From assembly GCA_963809485.1 (NCBI GenBank), contig CAWEJX010000001.1, positions 96,001-160,000 on the forward strand: 64,000 nucleotides of DNA. Reading direction: 5' to 3'. The position numbers and the translations under genes are program-made. Below, one piece after another: positions 41,571 through 52,888 of this stretch (positions within the stretch are counted from its first letter, which is position 1; every line of letters starts with the position of its first letter). The DNA is from an uncultured Acidobacteriota bacterium (GTDB lineage Bacteria > Acidobacteriota > UBA6911). The notes beneath the pieces are model-generated. The model saw only the letters and a program-made list of their open reading frames with translations, was not told the origin of the DNA and did not search any database.

Positions 41571-42674
41571 TTATTTGAGCGCCACCAGGCCCAGCTTCAT
41601 CAGCTTTTCCAAAACGCGGAGAATCTCGAGCTCTCTCAGCGGCGAAAGCATGACGATCGATTTGACATCCCAGGTCCCGTTGATCCGGGATGCCACGAAC
41701 CCTTCCTCGTGGGTCAAATTATGCCGGGTTAGCGACGATTCGGGAACCAGGAAATAGGGCACTCTTCCCGCCGGGATCGGTCCCCGGTAAAATTCCTGGC
41801 AAATGGCTTTTTCCGCCTGCTCGATCTGCTCGGAGGCCAGCACATTCTGGGGATCCGCCTTGAGCACCTCCTGAAAAATGGAAATCGCTTCGTGGAAATT
41901 GTGGCGCTGCATGCACTCGAGGCCTTTGTGGAACAGCTTCGCAGGGGTTTCCACTTCCGGTGCAGGATGAACAATTTCTTTGATTTCGACGATGTCCTGT
42001 TCGTAAAGCTGAAAAAGCTCAAAACAGACCCAAAAATCCGAGCCGTGCATTTCCAGTATGATTTCGGAAATGGGTTTCTTAAGGGTCAGGAGAAACAGCA
42101 GTTTTTTCTGCAGGGGGGAAAGGCTGAGGCTCTTCAAATCCGCCTGGGGGCGGAGCGACAGCACCACGTCGTTGCTGGGGAACACCGACCGGATGCGGGC
42201 CCACTCGTCTTTGCGGCGGATGCCCTCGAAGATGAGGGAGTTGATATCCATTTTGATCAATATCAGATCGTCGAGATCATATTCGCCGGCCGAAAAGTGA
42301 AAGTAGCCTTCGTCCCACAGGAATAAGTCGTAGATGACTTCTTCGGTCCGAGTGATCAAGGCCTTTTCCACATCTTCCCGCGAGACCAGTTTTTCCTGGA
42401 CCAATATTTTGCCCAAAAGCGCCCGGGATTGGAGGTGGATTTCAAAAGCCCGTTTGAGCTGGGATTCTGTCAGTTTGCCCTGAAACAGCAGGAATTGTCC
42501 AAGTTGCTTGGTAGGATCGTTCGAACGGGAAGAAATGATCTTCCCATCCTTTAAGTATATATAAACTTTAATTTTATCCTTGACGAAGGCGAGCGCGCCG
42601 GTCTTCCGTCCAATGGTGACCCATTGAAGGACTTCCGGCAAATCCATGGTTTTCAGCCTTCCCGAGAGCGACAT
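41571..42674 (-). CDS. DUF4388 (PatA_N-like) domain protein with TPR
   Basis: LSGRLKTMDLPEVLQW..RKTGAL..LFLWDEGYFHF; TPR-like FHEAISIFQEVLKADPQN. Confidence 0.8.
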   Translation of the reverse strand: MSLSGRLKTMDLPEVLQWVTIGRKTGALAFVKDKIKVYIYLKDGKIISSRSNDPTKQLGQFLLFQGKLTESQLKRAFEIHLQSRALLGKILVQEKLVSREDVEKALITRTEEVIYDLFLWDEGYFHFSAGEYDLDDLILIKMDINSLIFEGIRRKDEWARIRSVFPSNDVVLSLRPQADLKSLSLSPLQKKLLFLLTLKKPISEIILEMHGSDFWVCFELFQLYEQDIVEIKEIVHPAPEVETPAKLFHKGLECMQRHNFHEAISIFQEVLKADPQNVLASEQIEQAEKAICQEFYRGPIPAGRVPYFLVPESSLTRHNLTHEEGFVASRINGTWDVKSIVMLSPLRELEILRVLEKLMKLGLVALK

Positions 42675-42860
42675 CCGGCAGTGTCATCCTTTCGCCAGGT
42701 TGCAAAATTCCCCGATTAGCTTATCGGATTCCGGAAGGGCATCTATACAATTAATGGAAAAACCTTGTTAAGATAGGATGTTGGTGAAGGCCGATCGGAA
42801 AACGAACGCACGATTGGCATCCCGTGAACCTGAAGGTGGAAAACCACAAGCGGGAAGGAG

Positions 42861-43460
42861 TTGTTCTTGGTTCTGACCTATGCCAACCAATTGACAATTC
42901 TGCGGATGGCTTTTGTTCCGTGCTTTGTTCTGCTCCTCATCTACGGCTATCCAAAATCCGCAACCGTTCTGTTCCTGATCGCGGCTTTCACGGACGGGCT
43001 GGATGGGCTTCTTGCGCGGAAACTTCAACAGAAAACCGTTCTGGGATCCTTCCTGGACCCGATGGCGGATAAGATCCTTTTGACGGCTGCTTTTGTCACT
43101 TTAACCGTCCCTTCCTTGCCTCTGGTCCTGCACATTCCGACCTGGCTGACCATTCTGACCATCAGCCGTGACGTTCTCATCGCGGTCTCGGCGCTGATCA
43201 TCCACCTGCAGACCCATCATTCGCAATTCCCTCCCAGCCTTCTCGGCAAATGCACGACCGCCGTTCAGCTGATGACCGTGGGCGTATGCATGCTGGCGAA
43301 TTTTGAGATAAACCTGGCCGTGGCGATTTTCCCCCTAATCGTTCACTCCACCCTGGCCTTTACGCTGGCTTCCGGTTTTCACTACGCCTATAAGTCCGTA
43401 AAGCTCATCGAGTCCTATCAGGAAGCAGGGAATGTCCAAAAGAGGGATCAGGATTCTTGA
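42861..43460 (+). CDS. CDP-alcohol phosphatidyltransferase (PgsA-like)
   Basis: NQLTILR and TDGLDGLLAR...GSFLDPMADK signature. Confidence 0.9.
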   Translation: MFLVLTYANQLTILRMAFVPCFVLLLIYGYPKSATVLFLIAAFTDGLDGLLARKLQQKTVLGSFLDPMADKILLTAAFVTLTVPSLPLVLHIPTWLTILTISRDVLIAVSALIIHLQTHHSQFPPSLLGKCTTAVQLMTVGVCMLANFEINLAVAIFPLIVHSTLAFTLASGFHYAYKSVKLIESYQEAGNVQKRDQDS

Positions 43461-44736
43461 GGTTGGAGCTGCTTCCAGAGCCAGAGAGATCGGCCTTGCG
43501 CCGGGGGATCGGATACTGACTCTGAACGGCCGTGAAATATCCGATGAGCTTGCTCTCAGGTTCTACCTGTCCGGGGAAACTATCGAGCTGTGTGTCCAAC
43601 ACAAGGACGGGACCAAAGAATGCTTCGAAACTGATTTGCCCGAAGGCATGGATTTGGGTATTGCGGTCGAGGAATTCCGCACGCGAACCTGCAACAATTC
43701 CTGCATTTTCTGTTTTGTCGATCAACTGCCGCCCCATGTTCGGCCTGCGCTCAAGGTCAAAGACGACGATTACCGGCTATCCTTCCTCCACGGCAACTAC
43801 ATCACCCTAACCAACCTTTCCGGAAATGAACTGGATCGAATCATCGAGCAAAGGCTTTCACCGCTTTACGTCTCAATCCATGCAACCGATCCGGAACTGC
43901 GCACCAGGATTCTTGGACGGAAGAAAGCCGATGATTTCGAGGGAAAGCTCCTCAAGCTGGCCCGGGGGGGAATCCGTCTGCACGCTCAAATCGTTCTCAT
44001 GCCGGGGATTAACGATGACAGGCACCTGGAACAAACAGTTTTCGACCTTTATCGGCTTTATCCCTCCATGCAGTCTGTCGCCATTGTGCCGGTCGGGCTA
44101 TCCGGGCATGGAAGGCCCTCAACGCGCCTGTCCCCGGTCACGCCGGCTTTCTGCCGCAAGGTGATCCGACATGTACTCCCATGGCAGGAAGAGTTCCGAA
44201 AGCGAGCCGGAACAACTTTCGCCTATCTGGCCGACGAGTTTTATATACGCGGGCGAGAAGAGATTCCCGCGTTAGAGCATTACGACGAGTTTGCACAGAT
44301 TGAGGACGGCGTAGGAATGGTTCGAACATTTTTGGACGAATTCGAGGCCGAACTCAACCGGCGCAAAAGGCCTCCTGTTCGTTTGCTCGGCTCCCTGGTA
44401 ACCGGAAGGCTCTTCCATCCCACGCTACAGGCATGCATGGAACGTTTCAATCGCAGATTCGGAACCCATGTGCAGGTTTGCCGGGCGGCGAACCGGTTCA
44501 TGGGCAGAGGCATAACTGTGGCCGGTCTGCTTGCCGGGCAGGATATTTTTCATGCGTTGCGCCGAAGGGAGACAGGCAATTTTGTAATTATTCCTCAGGA
44601 AGCAGTGTCCCGAGGGGAGGGCCTCCTGATCGACGATTGGTCGGTTCCCGATCTGTCGGAACGACTCGGCAAGCCTGTCTATCCAAGCGGAAGAACCATC
44701 CGTGACTTTTTCGATCTGCTTTTTTTTAGGGATTAG
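43432..44736 (+). CDS. DUF512 family radical-SAM-like protein with N-terminal PDZ domain
   Basis: GLAPGDRILTLNG (PDZ), CNNSCIFC (CxxxCxxC), KDDDYRLSFL and QIEDGVG motifs. Confidence 0.88.
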   Translation: MSKRGIRILEVGAASRAREIGLAPGDRILTLNGREISDELALRFYLSGETIELCVQHKDGTKECFETDLPEGMDLGIAVEEFRTRTCNNSCIFCFVDQLPPHVRPALKVKDDDYRLSFLHGNYITLTNLSGNELDRIIEQRLSPLYVSIHATDPELRTRILGRKKADDFEGKLLKLARGGIRLHAQIVLMPGINDDRHLEQTVFDLYRLYPSMQSVAIVPVGLSGHGRPSTRLSPVTPAFCRKVIRHVLPWQEEFRKRAGTTFAYLADEFYIRGREEIPALEHYDEFAQIEDGVGMVRTFLDEFEAELNRRKRPPVRLLGSLVTGRLFHPTLQACMERFNRRFGTHVQVCRAANRFMGRGITVAGLLAGQDIFHALRRRETGNFVIIPQEAVSRGEGLLIDDWSVPDLSERLGKPVYPSGRTIRDFFDLLFFRD

Positions 44737-44744
44737 GGATTAGG

Positions 44745-44779
44745 GATCCATACGACACACAAAATGTGTCGTATGGATC
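44745..44779. repeat. Perfect 15-bp inverted repeat (hairpin)
   Basis: GATCCATACGACACA-caaaa-TGTGTCGTATGGATC. Confidence 0.85.
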
Positions 44780-44910
44780 TGGATTTTGAACTCTGACATA
44801 AAAGCCACCTTCCCCGCGGCAAGGGAAAGGGCCATTTTTGCTGGGCGTGCGCCAGAAAGCTGAGAAAAGGAAATTGCAAAAGCTAAATGTTCTGGCATAG
44901 GCCGGCAAGA

Positions 44911-45183
44911 AGTATCCACCGGCAGAGCCGGAGGCTTTACGGTTGCAGGCCCCTCAAAGGGGCCTGATCGCAACCGACAAGATAAAACCGGTTTCGGGTG
45001 CAATGAACATCTGTAAGGGTTTTTGAGCCGCAGAATGTCGAATAACGAATGACGAATTTCGAAGTCGGGCCTAACTTCAGCGGTTCGACATCCGATATCA
45101 AATATTCGGGAAAGGCATGCTTCAGTATTTGTCAAACTGAGTCTGCCTCACCGGCGGAGCCGGTGGATCTCTCATTGAATTAG
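44911..45183 (-). mobile_element. Non-autonomous IS200/IS605-like element, family B copy 2
   Basis: Terminal hairpins CCACCGGCAGAGCCGGAGG and CACCGGCGGAGCCGGTGG; ends and inner heptamer module homologous to 17020-17547. Confidence 0.7.
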
Positions 45184-45412
45184 GGGTTTGGGATTGGAGA
45201 TAACGCGGATTGGCTGGATATACCCGAACAGTGAAAACATTGGTTTTGCCGTGAGGACCTAATCCCCAATCCCTAATCTCTAATCACTATAAACAAGGAT
45301 TCGCTTGTAATGTAGGCGGTACTCTTGCAGAATTTATTGCCGCGGCCTGATCCGCCGGCATCTCGAGGGAAACGGATACAGGTTCAGCCTAGAAAATATG
45401 GGAGATTAGGCA

Positions 45413-45877
45413 ATGGCCAAAATAATCCAGGGAAAGCTGGATGCGAAGGGCAGTCGCTTTGCCATCGTCATCAGCCGATTCAATTCGTTCATCAGCGACA
45501 GGCTGCTAACGGGTGCGCTGGACGCATTGGAAAGACACGGAGCGTCCTCCGAGGACATTACCATCGTATGGGTCCCGGGTAGTTTTGAAGTTCCTACGGT
45601 AGCCAAAAAGCTGGCGTTGTCGAAGAAATACGATGCAGTGATATGCCTGGGCGCCCTTTTGCGCGGGGAGACGCCTCACTTTGAATACCTCTCCTCCACA
45701 GTGACAAAAGAGCTGGGAGCCATCGGACTGGATGCCGGGATTCCGGTTATCAACGGGATCCTGACCTGCAATACGATGGAGCAGGCGGTGGATCGAGCCG
45801 GGCTTAAAACCGGCAACAAAGGCTTCGACGCATCCATTACGGCTATCGAGATGATCGAGCTGATGAAACAGCTCTGA
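45413..45877 (+). CDS. ribH: 6,7-dimethyl-8-ribityllumazine synthase
   Basis: SRFNSFI, VPGSFEVP, RGETPHFEY and GNKG motifs. Confidence 0.96.
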   Translation: MAKIIQGKLDAKGSRFAIVISRFNSFISDRLLTGALDALERHGASSEDITIVWVPGSFEVPTVAKKLALSKKYDAVICLGALLRGETPHFEYLSSTVTKELGAIGLDAGIPVINGILTCNTMEQAVDRAGLKTGNKGFDASITAIEMIELMKQL

Positions 45878-45915
45878 TCGATCCCGATCCCACGCACATT
45901 TCCGGAACCAAATCC

Positions 45916-46336
45916 ATGGGACTACGAAGGACTGCACGTGAATGCGCGCTCCAGATGTTGTACGAGCTGGACATAGGAAAGCATTCGAAGGATGAGATTC
46001 TGCGGACCTTCTGGCAGATGAACGAGCATCCCCAGAAGGTCCGCGATTTCGCCGGCCAGCTCTTTGAGGGAACGGTTCAAAGGCTGAAGGAAATTGACAA
46101 GGTAATCCAGCAGCACACCAAAAACTGGCGCCTGGGGAGAATGGCGGCCGTAGATCGAAATGTTCTCAGGATTGCCGTGTTCGAATTCCTTTCGGGCAGC
46201 CGTACGCCGGAAACAGTCGTCATCAACGAAGCCCTTGAAATTGCCAAGAAGTTCTCCACGGCAGATTCGGCCCAGTTTGTCAACGGAATCCTGGACAGCA
46301 TCAAAAACGATCTGATGGAAAAGAGGCGAAGGAGCA

Positions 46337-46353
<17 letters not shown>
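45916..46353 (+). CDS. nusB: Transcription antitermination factor
   Basis: [24 protein letters not shown] and FVNGILD motifs. Confidence 0.96.
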
Positions 46354-47832
<1,479 letters not shown>

Positions 47833-47842
<10 letters not shown>

Positions 47843-47953
47843 CGAATTGAAAAACAAGCGTACCTTAACAATTCAAAACAGCTCTATCGGTCGTCAACGG
47901 TTTTCCTTCGCCTTAGCTTTATTTCGCAATCCGTCATTCATAATTCGTAATTC
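47833..47953. repeat. Inverted pair of imperfect heptamer arrays
   Basis: GACGAAT GACGAAT on the left; TTCGCAA TCCGTCA TTCATAA TTCGTAA on the right. Confidence 0.55.
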
Positions 47954-47972
47954 TTAGGTATAGACCTCCGAC

Positions 47973-49229
47973 ATGAAATTTGAATTTTTTATAGCGCTTC
48001 GATATCTCCGGGCCAGACGCAAACAAACCATGGTCTCGGTGATCTCCGCAATCTCGGTGTTGGGCATTGCGGCAGGGGTTATGGCACTTGTGATTGCTCT
48101 GGCGCTCTCGACCGGTTTCAAGGAGGATATCCAGAGCAAGATAATCGGCGCGACATCCGCAATCAACCTGATTCGGATCGACAGCACTCCCCTACCCAAC
48201 TACGAGGCATTGCTCCGCAGGATCGGCAATACACCCCGCGTGACCGGCAGCGCTCCTGCCATTCTGAACCAGGTGTTCGTTGCCAGCTCAACCCGCAATC
48301 AGGGCGCTGCGCTCAAAGGCATTGACCCGGTCCGGGAAAAGCAGGTGTCCGATTTTTTTTCACATGTCGTATCGGGAGATCCCCGGGCTCTGGAAAAGCG
48401 GGAGACGTTTTTGCCGGGCGACTCCGCTCCGCCCCCCGACAAAATCATTATAGGCAAGGAGATGGCCAGAGCCATGGGCGTGGAGATGGGAGAAACGCTG
48501 AAGGTCTTCTATCCCCTGGGGAGGCTGACTCCTCTGGGGATGACGGCCTCTGAGAAAACGTTTCGCGTCGCGGCGGTCTTCGAGTCCGGCCTATACGATA
48601 TCGATTCAAACTGGGCTTATGTCCATATAGACTCCGCCCGCCGCCTTTTCTCCTTCCCTCCCGGGTCGGCATCGGTCATTCAGTTCAAGACGGACGATCT
48701 CGACGACGCCGATGCCATAGCCGATGAAATCCGGGCCAAAGCCGGTTCGGGATTTTACACAACGACCTGGATGGAGACCAACAAGCCGCTCTTTTCAGCC
48801 CTGAAACTGGAAAAGCTGGTGTTGTTTCTCACAATAGGACTGATTGTTTTTGTCGCTTCCCTGAATATCGTAACCACTCTCATCATGATGGTGCTTGAAA
48901 AACAGGGAGACATAGCGATCCTCACGGCCATGGGAGCGACCGCCCGGACGATTCAAAGGGTGTTCATGCTGCAGGGCCTGATCATCGGGCTTGCGGGAAC
49001 CTTCCTGGGTGATTTGCTTGGCGTAGGCATCAGCTGGGTTCTGAACACCTACAAACTGATCCGGCTGGAAGCTGCGGTGTACAGCATCCCCTATGTCCCG
49101 TTCCACGTAAGAGCCTGGGATGTAGCTCTGGTTTCCGTAACCGCGATCCTGATCAGTTACCTGGCAACGATTTACCCCGCGCGGAACGCGGCGAAGCTCG
49201 ATCCGGTAGAGGTTTTGCGCTATGAATAG
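47973..49229 (+). CDS. Lipoprotein-releasing ABC transporter permease (LolC/E/F family)
   Basis: FIALRYLRARR, MVLEKQGDIAIL and ATIYPARNAAKLDPVEVLRYE motifs. Confidence 0.93.
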   Translation: MKFEFFIALRYLRARRKQTMVSVISAISVLGIAAGVMALVIALALSTGFKEDIQSKIIGATSAINLIRIDSTPLPNYEALLRRIGNTPRVTGSAPAILNQVFVASSTRNQGAALKGIDPVREKQVSDFFSHVVSGDPRALEKRETFLPGDSAPPPDKIIIGKEMARAMGVEMGETLKVFYPLGRLTPLGMTASEKTFRVAAVFESGLYDIDSNWAYVHIDSARRLFSFPPGSASVIQFKTDDLDDADAIADEIRAKAGSGFYTTTWMETNKPLFSALKLEKLVLFLTIGLIVFVASLNIVTTLIMMVLEKQGDIAILTAMGATARTIQRVFMLQGLIIGLAGTFLGDLLGVGISWVLNTYKLIRLEAAVYSIPYVPFHVRAWDVALVSVTAILISYLATIYPARNAAKLDPVEVLRYE

Positions 49230-49941
49230 GATCATCGACGTGCGCGAAGTTCACAAAAGCTATCGCTATGGAGAGCAGCCTTTGGAGGTTCTCACCGGTC
49301 TCAGTCTTGCAGCCGATGAAGGGGAAATGATCGGAATAACAGGAGTTTCGGGCTCGGGCAAAAGCACTCTACTGCATCTCCTGGGAGGAATGGATCGTCC
49401 GGACCGCGGATCGATCGGGATCCTGGGCCAGGAGCTTTCCGGATTAGGCCGGACGGAATTGTCCGACTTCCGCAACCGGATCATCGGTTTCGTCTTTCAG
49501 TTCCACCACCTGCTGCCGGAATTTACGGCTCTGGAAAACGTCATGATGCCCCTGCTGCTCAGGGGAATGCTGCAGACGGAGGCTGCGCCCACGGCCGCGG
49601 CCATGCTGGCTGAAGTGGGATTGGACAAGCGCAACCATCATCGCCCCGGCGAGCTATCCGGCGGGGAGCAGCAGCGGGTGGCGCTGGCCAGGGCCCTGAT
49701 CGGCAATCCGCGTCTCCTGCTTGCGGATGAGCCCACGGGCAACGTCGATCCGCAGACGGGCCAGGCTATCGGTGAATTGCTAAAAGGACTCCATGGCAGG
49801 CATAGCCTGACCTCCATCATTGTCACTCACAACGAAAAACTCGCTCGAATCTGCTCGCGCGTCTATCGTCTGGAAAACGGCAAACTGAATGACGAATTAC
49901 GAATGACAAGTCAGGCACCTCCGGCAAAGCCGGAGGCTTGA
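49222..49941 (+). CDS. lolD: Lipoprotein-releasing ABC transporter ATPase
   Basis: GVSGSGKST, FQFHHLLPEFTALENV and LSGGEQQR motifs. The C-terminus runs into a repeat element. Confidence 0.93.
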   Translation: MNRIIDVREVHKSYRYGEQPLEVLTGLSLAADEGEMIGITGVSGSGKSTLLHLLGGMDRPDRGSIGILGQELSGLGRTELSDFRNRIIGFVFQFHHLLPEFTALENVMMPLLLRGMLQTEAAPTAAAMLAEVGLDKRNHHRPGELSGGEQQRVALARALIGNPRLLLADEPTGNVDPQTGQAIGELLKGLHGRHSLTSIIVTHNEKLARICSRVYRLENGKLNDELRMTSQAPPAKPEA

Positions 49942-50199
49942 AAGATTTGAACCGCTCAAAGCGGTTGGAGGAGTTACGCCGGTCTTGAACGCTGACTTAC
50001 GCGGGCAAAAGCCGATGAGGCGCTTCCGATGGAGTTTTCTGCGGGGATCGGAAGCGCCTCATCGGCTTTTGCTCGCCGACCCTCGCCGAACAAATCGGCG
50101 TTTGTCAGCGCTTTTGTCAGCGTTTCTCAGCGCTTCAAAATACGGAGCTGTCAAACTCTTTGAGTTCCCCGGCAGAGCCGGGGGTTTACCAATGTAATT
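49909..50199 (-). mobile_element. Non-autonomous IS200/IS605-like element, family A copy 4 (collapsed, inverted inner loop)
   Basis: Same ends as the other copies; the 26-bp inverted repeat encloses only GGAGTTTTCTGCGGGG. Confidence 0.8.
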
Positions 50200-50352
50200 G
50201 CGAATGAACGATCATGGGGCGCTTTTTGGCGTGTCCGATCCTGACTCCTGTAAGGTCCTATCAAACCTGAATCTGTCCCGGCCAGTACTGCAAATCTTGC
50301 CCCGGTTAATATTTATGATTTCAATTCATCCTTCGCAGATCGGATTGCGACT

Positions 50353-50381
50353 TTGAAGTTTTCCGGCTCAATCCGTATAAT
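50353..50381 (+). promoter_or_regulatory. Sigma70-type promoter of clpC
   Basis: TTGAAG-N17-TATAAT, ending 32 bp before the ATG. Confidence 0.6.
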
Positions 50382-50413
50382 TAAAAGCAGCTTGGGAGCA
50401 CGGTCAGAGCGCT

Positions 50414-52852
50414 ATGTTTGAAAAATATACCGAAAAGGCTAGAAGGATCATATTCTTTGCGCGCTACGAGGCGAATCAGTTCGGCAGCCCGTACATAGAA
50501 ACAGAGCACCTGCTGCTCGGTTTGATCCGGGAGGACAAAAATTTAACCGCTCGTTTCTTTCCCCGGGCAAATGCTACCATCCAGGACATACGCAAGGAGA
50601 TCGAGGGCCGAACACAGGTCCACGAAAGAGTCTCCACTTCTGTCGACCTGCCCTTCTCCGAAGAGAGCAAACGGGTTCTCAACAGTGCGGCCGAGGAATC
50701 CGAGCGTTTCGGCCACAAATATATCGGGGTGGAACATATCCTCCTGGGTCTCCTTCAGGAAGGCAAATCGGTGGCCGCTGGAATTTTACGGGAGCACGGG
50801 CTCCGCGCGGCAATGATCCGTGAAGAGTTCAGCCGCGGCGTTTCCGAAAAACACGCCCAGAACCGATCCAGGGAGCCTTTGAGCCTGGCGGAGTTTTCGC
50901 GGGATCTGACGGAAGCAGCCGGTATGGGTGTGCTGGATCCGCTGATTGGCAGGGAAACGGAAATCGAGCGCATGATCCAGATCCTCTGCCGCCGGACCAA
51001 GAACAATCCTGTTCTCATCGGAGAACCCGGCGTCGGCAAAACCGCGATTGTTGAAGGCCTGGCTCAAAGAATCGTCCGAGGACAGGTGCCGCCGCAGCTT
51101 TCGGACCGGAAGATCCTGGCGCTGGATATCTCGCTCATCGTCGCCGGAACGAAGTATCGCGGCCAGTTTGAAGAGCGATTGAAAACGATCATGAAGGAGC
51201 TGGCAGAGAACCGGAACCTGATTGTTTTTGTGGATGAGCTGCACACGCTCATAGGGGCAGGCTCGGCGGAAGGATCGCTGGATGCCGCAAACATACTCAA
51301 GCCGGCCCTCTCCCGGGGCGAAATTCAATGCATCGGCTCTTCAACTCCCCATGAATTCCGCCGCTCGATCGAGAAAGACCGGTCCCTGGAGCGTCGTTTC
51401 CAGGCGATCAAAGTCCCGCCTCCTTCCGAGCGGGAGAGTGTCGAAATTCTGAACGGCATCAAGGACAAATACGAGAGCTTTCATGCATTGGAATACACCG
51501 GTGAAGCATTGGAGGCTGCCGTCTACCTCTCCAGCCGCTATATCCCGGACCGGTTCCTGCCGGACAAAGCCATCGACCTCATCGATGAAGCGGGCGCGCG
51601 GGTTAAGCTTCGGAATTCCACCATACCGGAGGAGATGGTCCGTACTCAGAGAAAAATCCAGGTGATAGATGACAGGATCGATAGCGCCATCTCGTCTCGG
51701 GAATTTGAGAAAGCGGCACGCTATCGGCTTGAAGAAGACCAGGAGCAGGCGAACCTCCGGGTAATCCGGGAACGCTGGAGCCTGCAGCCGGTCGCCCCTG
51801 TCAAGGTAAACCGCGAGGACATCGAGGAAGTGATTTCCAAGTGGACCGGCATCCCGATAACTTCCATCCAGGAAGAGGAAATGACCAAGCTTCTCCGGAT
51901 GGAAGAAGAGCTGCATAAACGGCTGATAGGCCAGGACCGCGCTATCCGGGCCCTGAGCAAGGCCATCCGCCGATCCCGGGCAGGATTGAAATCCCCCAAG
52001 CGGCCGGTCGGATCTTTTCTTTTTCTCGGGCCTACCGGTGTGGGCAAAACCGAAACTGCCCGTTCCCTGGCTGCGTTTCTTTTCGGCAGCGAGAGCGCCA
52101 TGATCCGCCTCGATATGTCCGAGTACATGGAAAAGCATTCGGTATCCAAATTGATCGGCTCCCCTCCCGGGTATGTAGGGCATGAAGAGGGCGGCCAGCT
52201 GACGGAAAAGGTCAAGCGCAATCCCTACTCCGTCCTGCTTCTGGATGAAATCGAAAAAGCGCACCCGGATGTCTTCAATATACTGCTGCAGGTTTTCGAA
52301 GATGGCCAGCTGACGGATTCTTTGGGTAACACCATCGATTTCAAAAATACCATTATCATCATGACGTCCAATATCGGCGCGCGTTTTTTGGAGAAGCGCG
52401 GGAACCTGGGCTTTCGCACGGGAACGGCATCCGATGCCCGTCAGATGGAGGACCTGATCCACAGCGAGGTCAAACGCGTATTCAACCCGGAGTTTCTCAA
52501 TCGCCTTGACGAAATCATTCTTTTCGAATCCCTTACGGATGAGGATCTTGAAAACATTGTGGATCTGCTCATCGGCATGGTGAATGAAGTCATGAAGCAG
52601 AAGCGGCTGACTATCCTCCTGCGGCCTGATGCGAGAAAGTGGATCGTGGCAAAAACCTGCCACGACCGATCTTACGGCGCACGACCTCTTCGCCGGGCGA
52701 TTCAGAAATACATCGAGGACCCGCTTTCCGAGCGGATCATCCAAAACCGTGTTCAGGCGGATTCCATTCTTGAAATTTGCGTGCACAACGATGCTCTTCA
52801 TTTGATGCGAAGCGGGGATTCTCCGGATTCCGGCCTGAAACTTCCGCTTTGA
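50414..52852 (+). CDS. clpC: ATP-dependent Clp protease ATP-binding subunit
   Basis: Clp N-domain repeats, GEPGVGKT and GPTGVGKT Walker A motifs, short UVR-like middle domain, LGF loop. Confidence 0.93.
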   Translation: MFEKYTEKARRIIFFARYEANQFGSPYIETEHLLLGLIREDKNLTARFFPRANATIQDIRKEIEGRTQVHERVSTSVDLPFSEESKRVLNSAAEESERFGHKYIGVEHILLGLLQEGKSVAAGILREHGLRAAMIREEFSRGVSEKHAQNRSREPLSLAEFSRDLTEAAGMGVLDPLIGRETEIERMIQILCRRTKNNPVLIGEPGVGKTAIVEGLAQRIVRGQVPPQLSDRKILALDISLIVAGTKYRGQFEERLKTIMKELAENRNLIVFVDELHTLIGAGSAEGSLDAANILKPALSRGEIQCIGSSTPHEFRRSIEKDRSLERRFQAIKVPPPSERESVEILNGIKDKYESFHALEYTGEALEAAVYLSSRYIPDRFLPDKAIDLIDEAGARVKLRNSTIPEEMVRTQRKIQVIDDRIDSAISSREFEKAARYRLEEDQEQANLRVIRERWSLQPVAPVKVNREDIEEVISKWTGIPITSIQEEEMTKLLRMEEELHKRLIGQDRAIRALSKAIRRSRAGLKSPKRPVGSFLFLGPTGVGKTETARSLAAFLFGSESAMIRLDMSEYMEKHSVSKLIGSPPGYVGHEEGGQLTEKVKRNPYSVLLLDEIEKAHPDVFNILLQVFEDGQLTDSLGNTIDFKNTIIIMTSNIGARFLEKRGNLGFRTGTASDARQMEDLIHSEVKRVFNPEFLNRLDEIILFESLTDEDLENIVDLLIGMVNEVMKQKRLTILLRPDARKWIVAKTCHDRSYGARPLRRAIQKYIEDPLSERIIQNRVQADSILEICVHNDALHLMRSGDSPDSGLKLPL

Positions 52853-52888
52853 GGACCGGACGCCGAACGCCAGGCTGCAAAAAAAATT

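Noticed and set aside
44726-44747. Telomere-like TTAGGG repeats
   Set aside because: The period is 7 (TTAGGGA), there are only three units, and it fits the heptamer arrays seen elsewhere in the window.
45190-45412. FMN riboswitch upstream of ribH
   Set aside because: The conserved RFN motifs are not recognisable; the region is heptamer repeats and promoter-like sequence.
51341-52801. Long antisense ORFs (also 32176-33561, 17536-18777, 2170-3252)
   Set aside because: They are shadows of well-supported genes on the opposite strand in GC-rich DNA, with no recognisable motifs.
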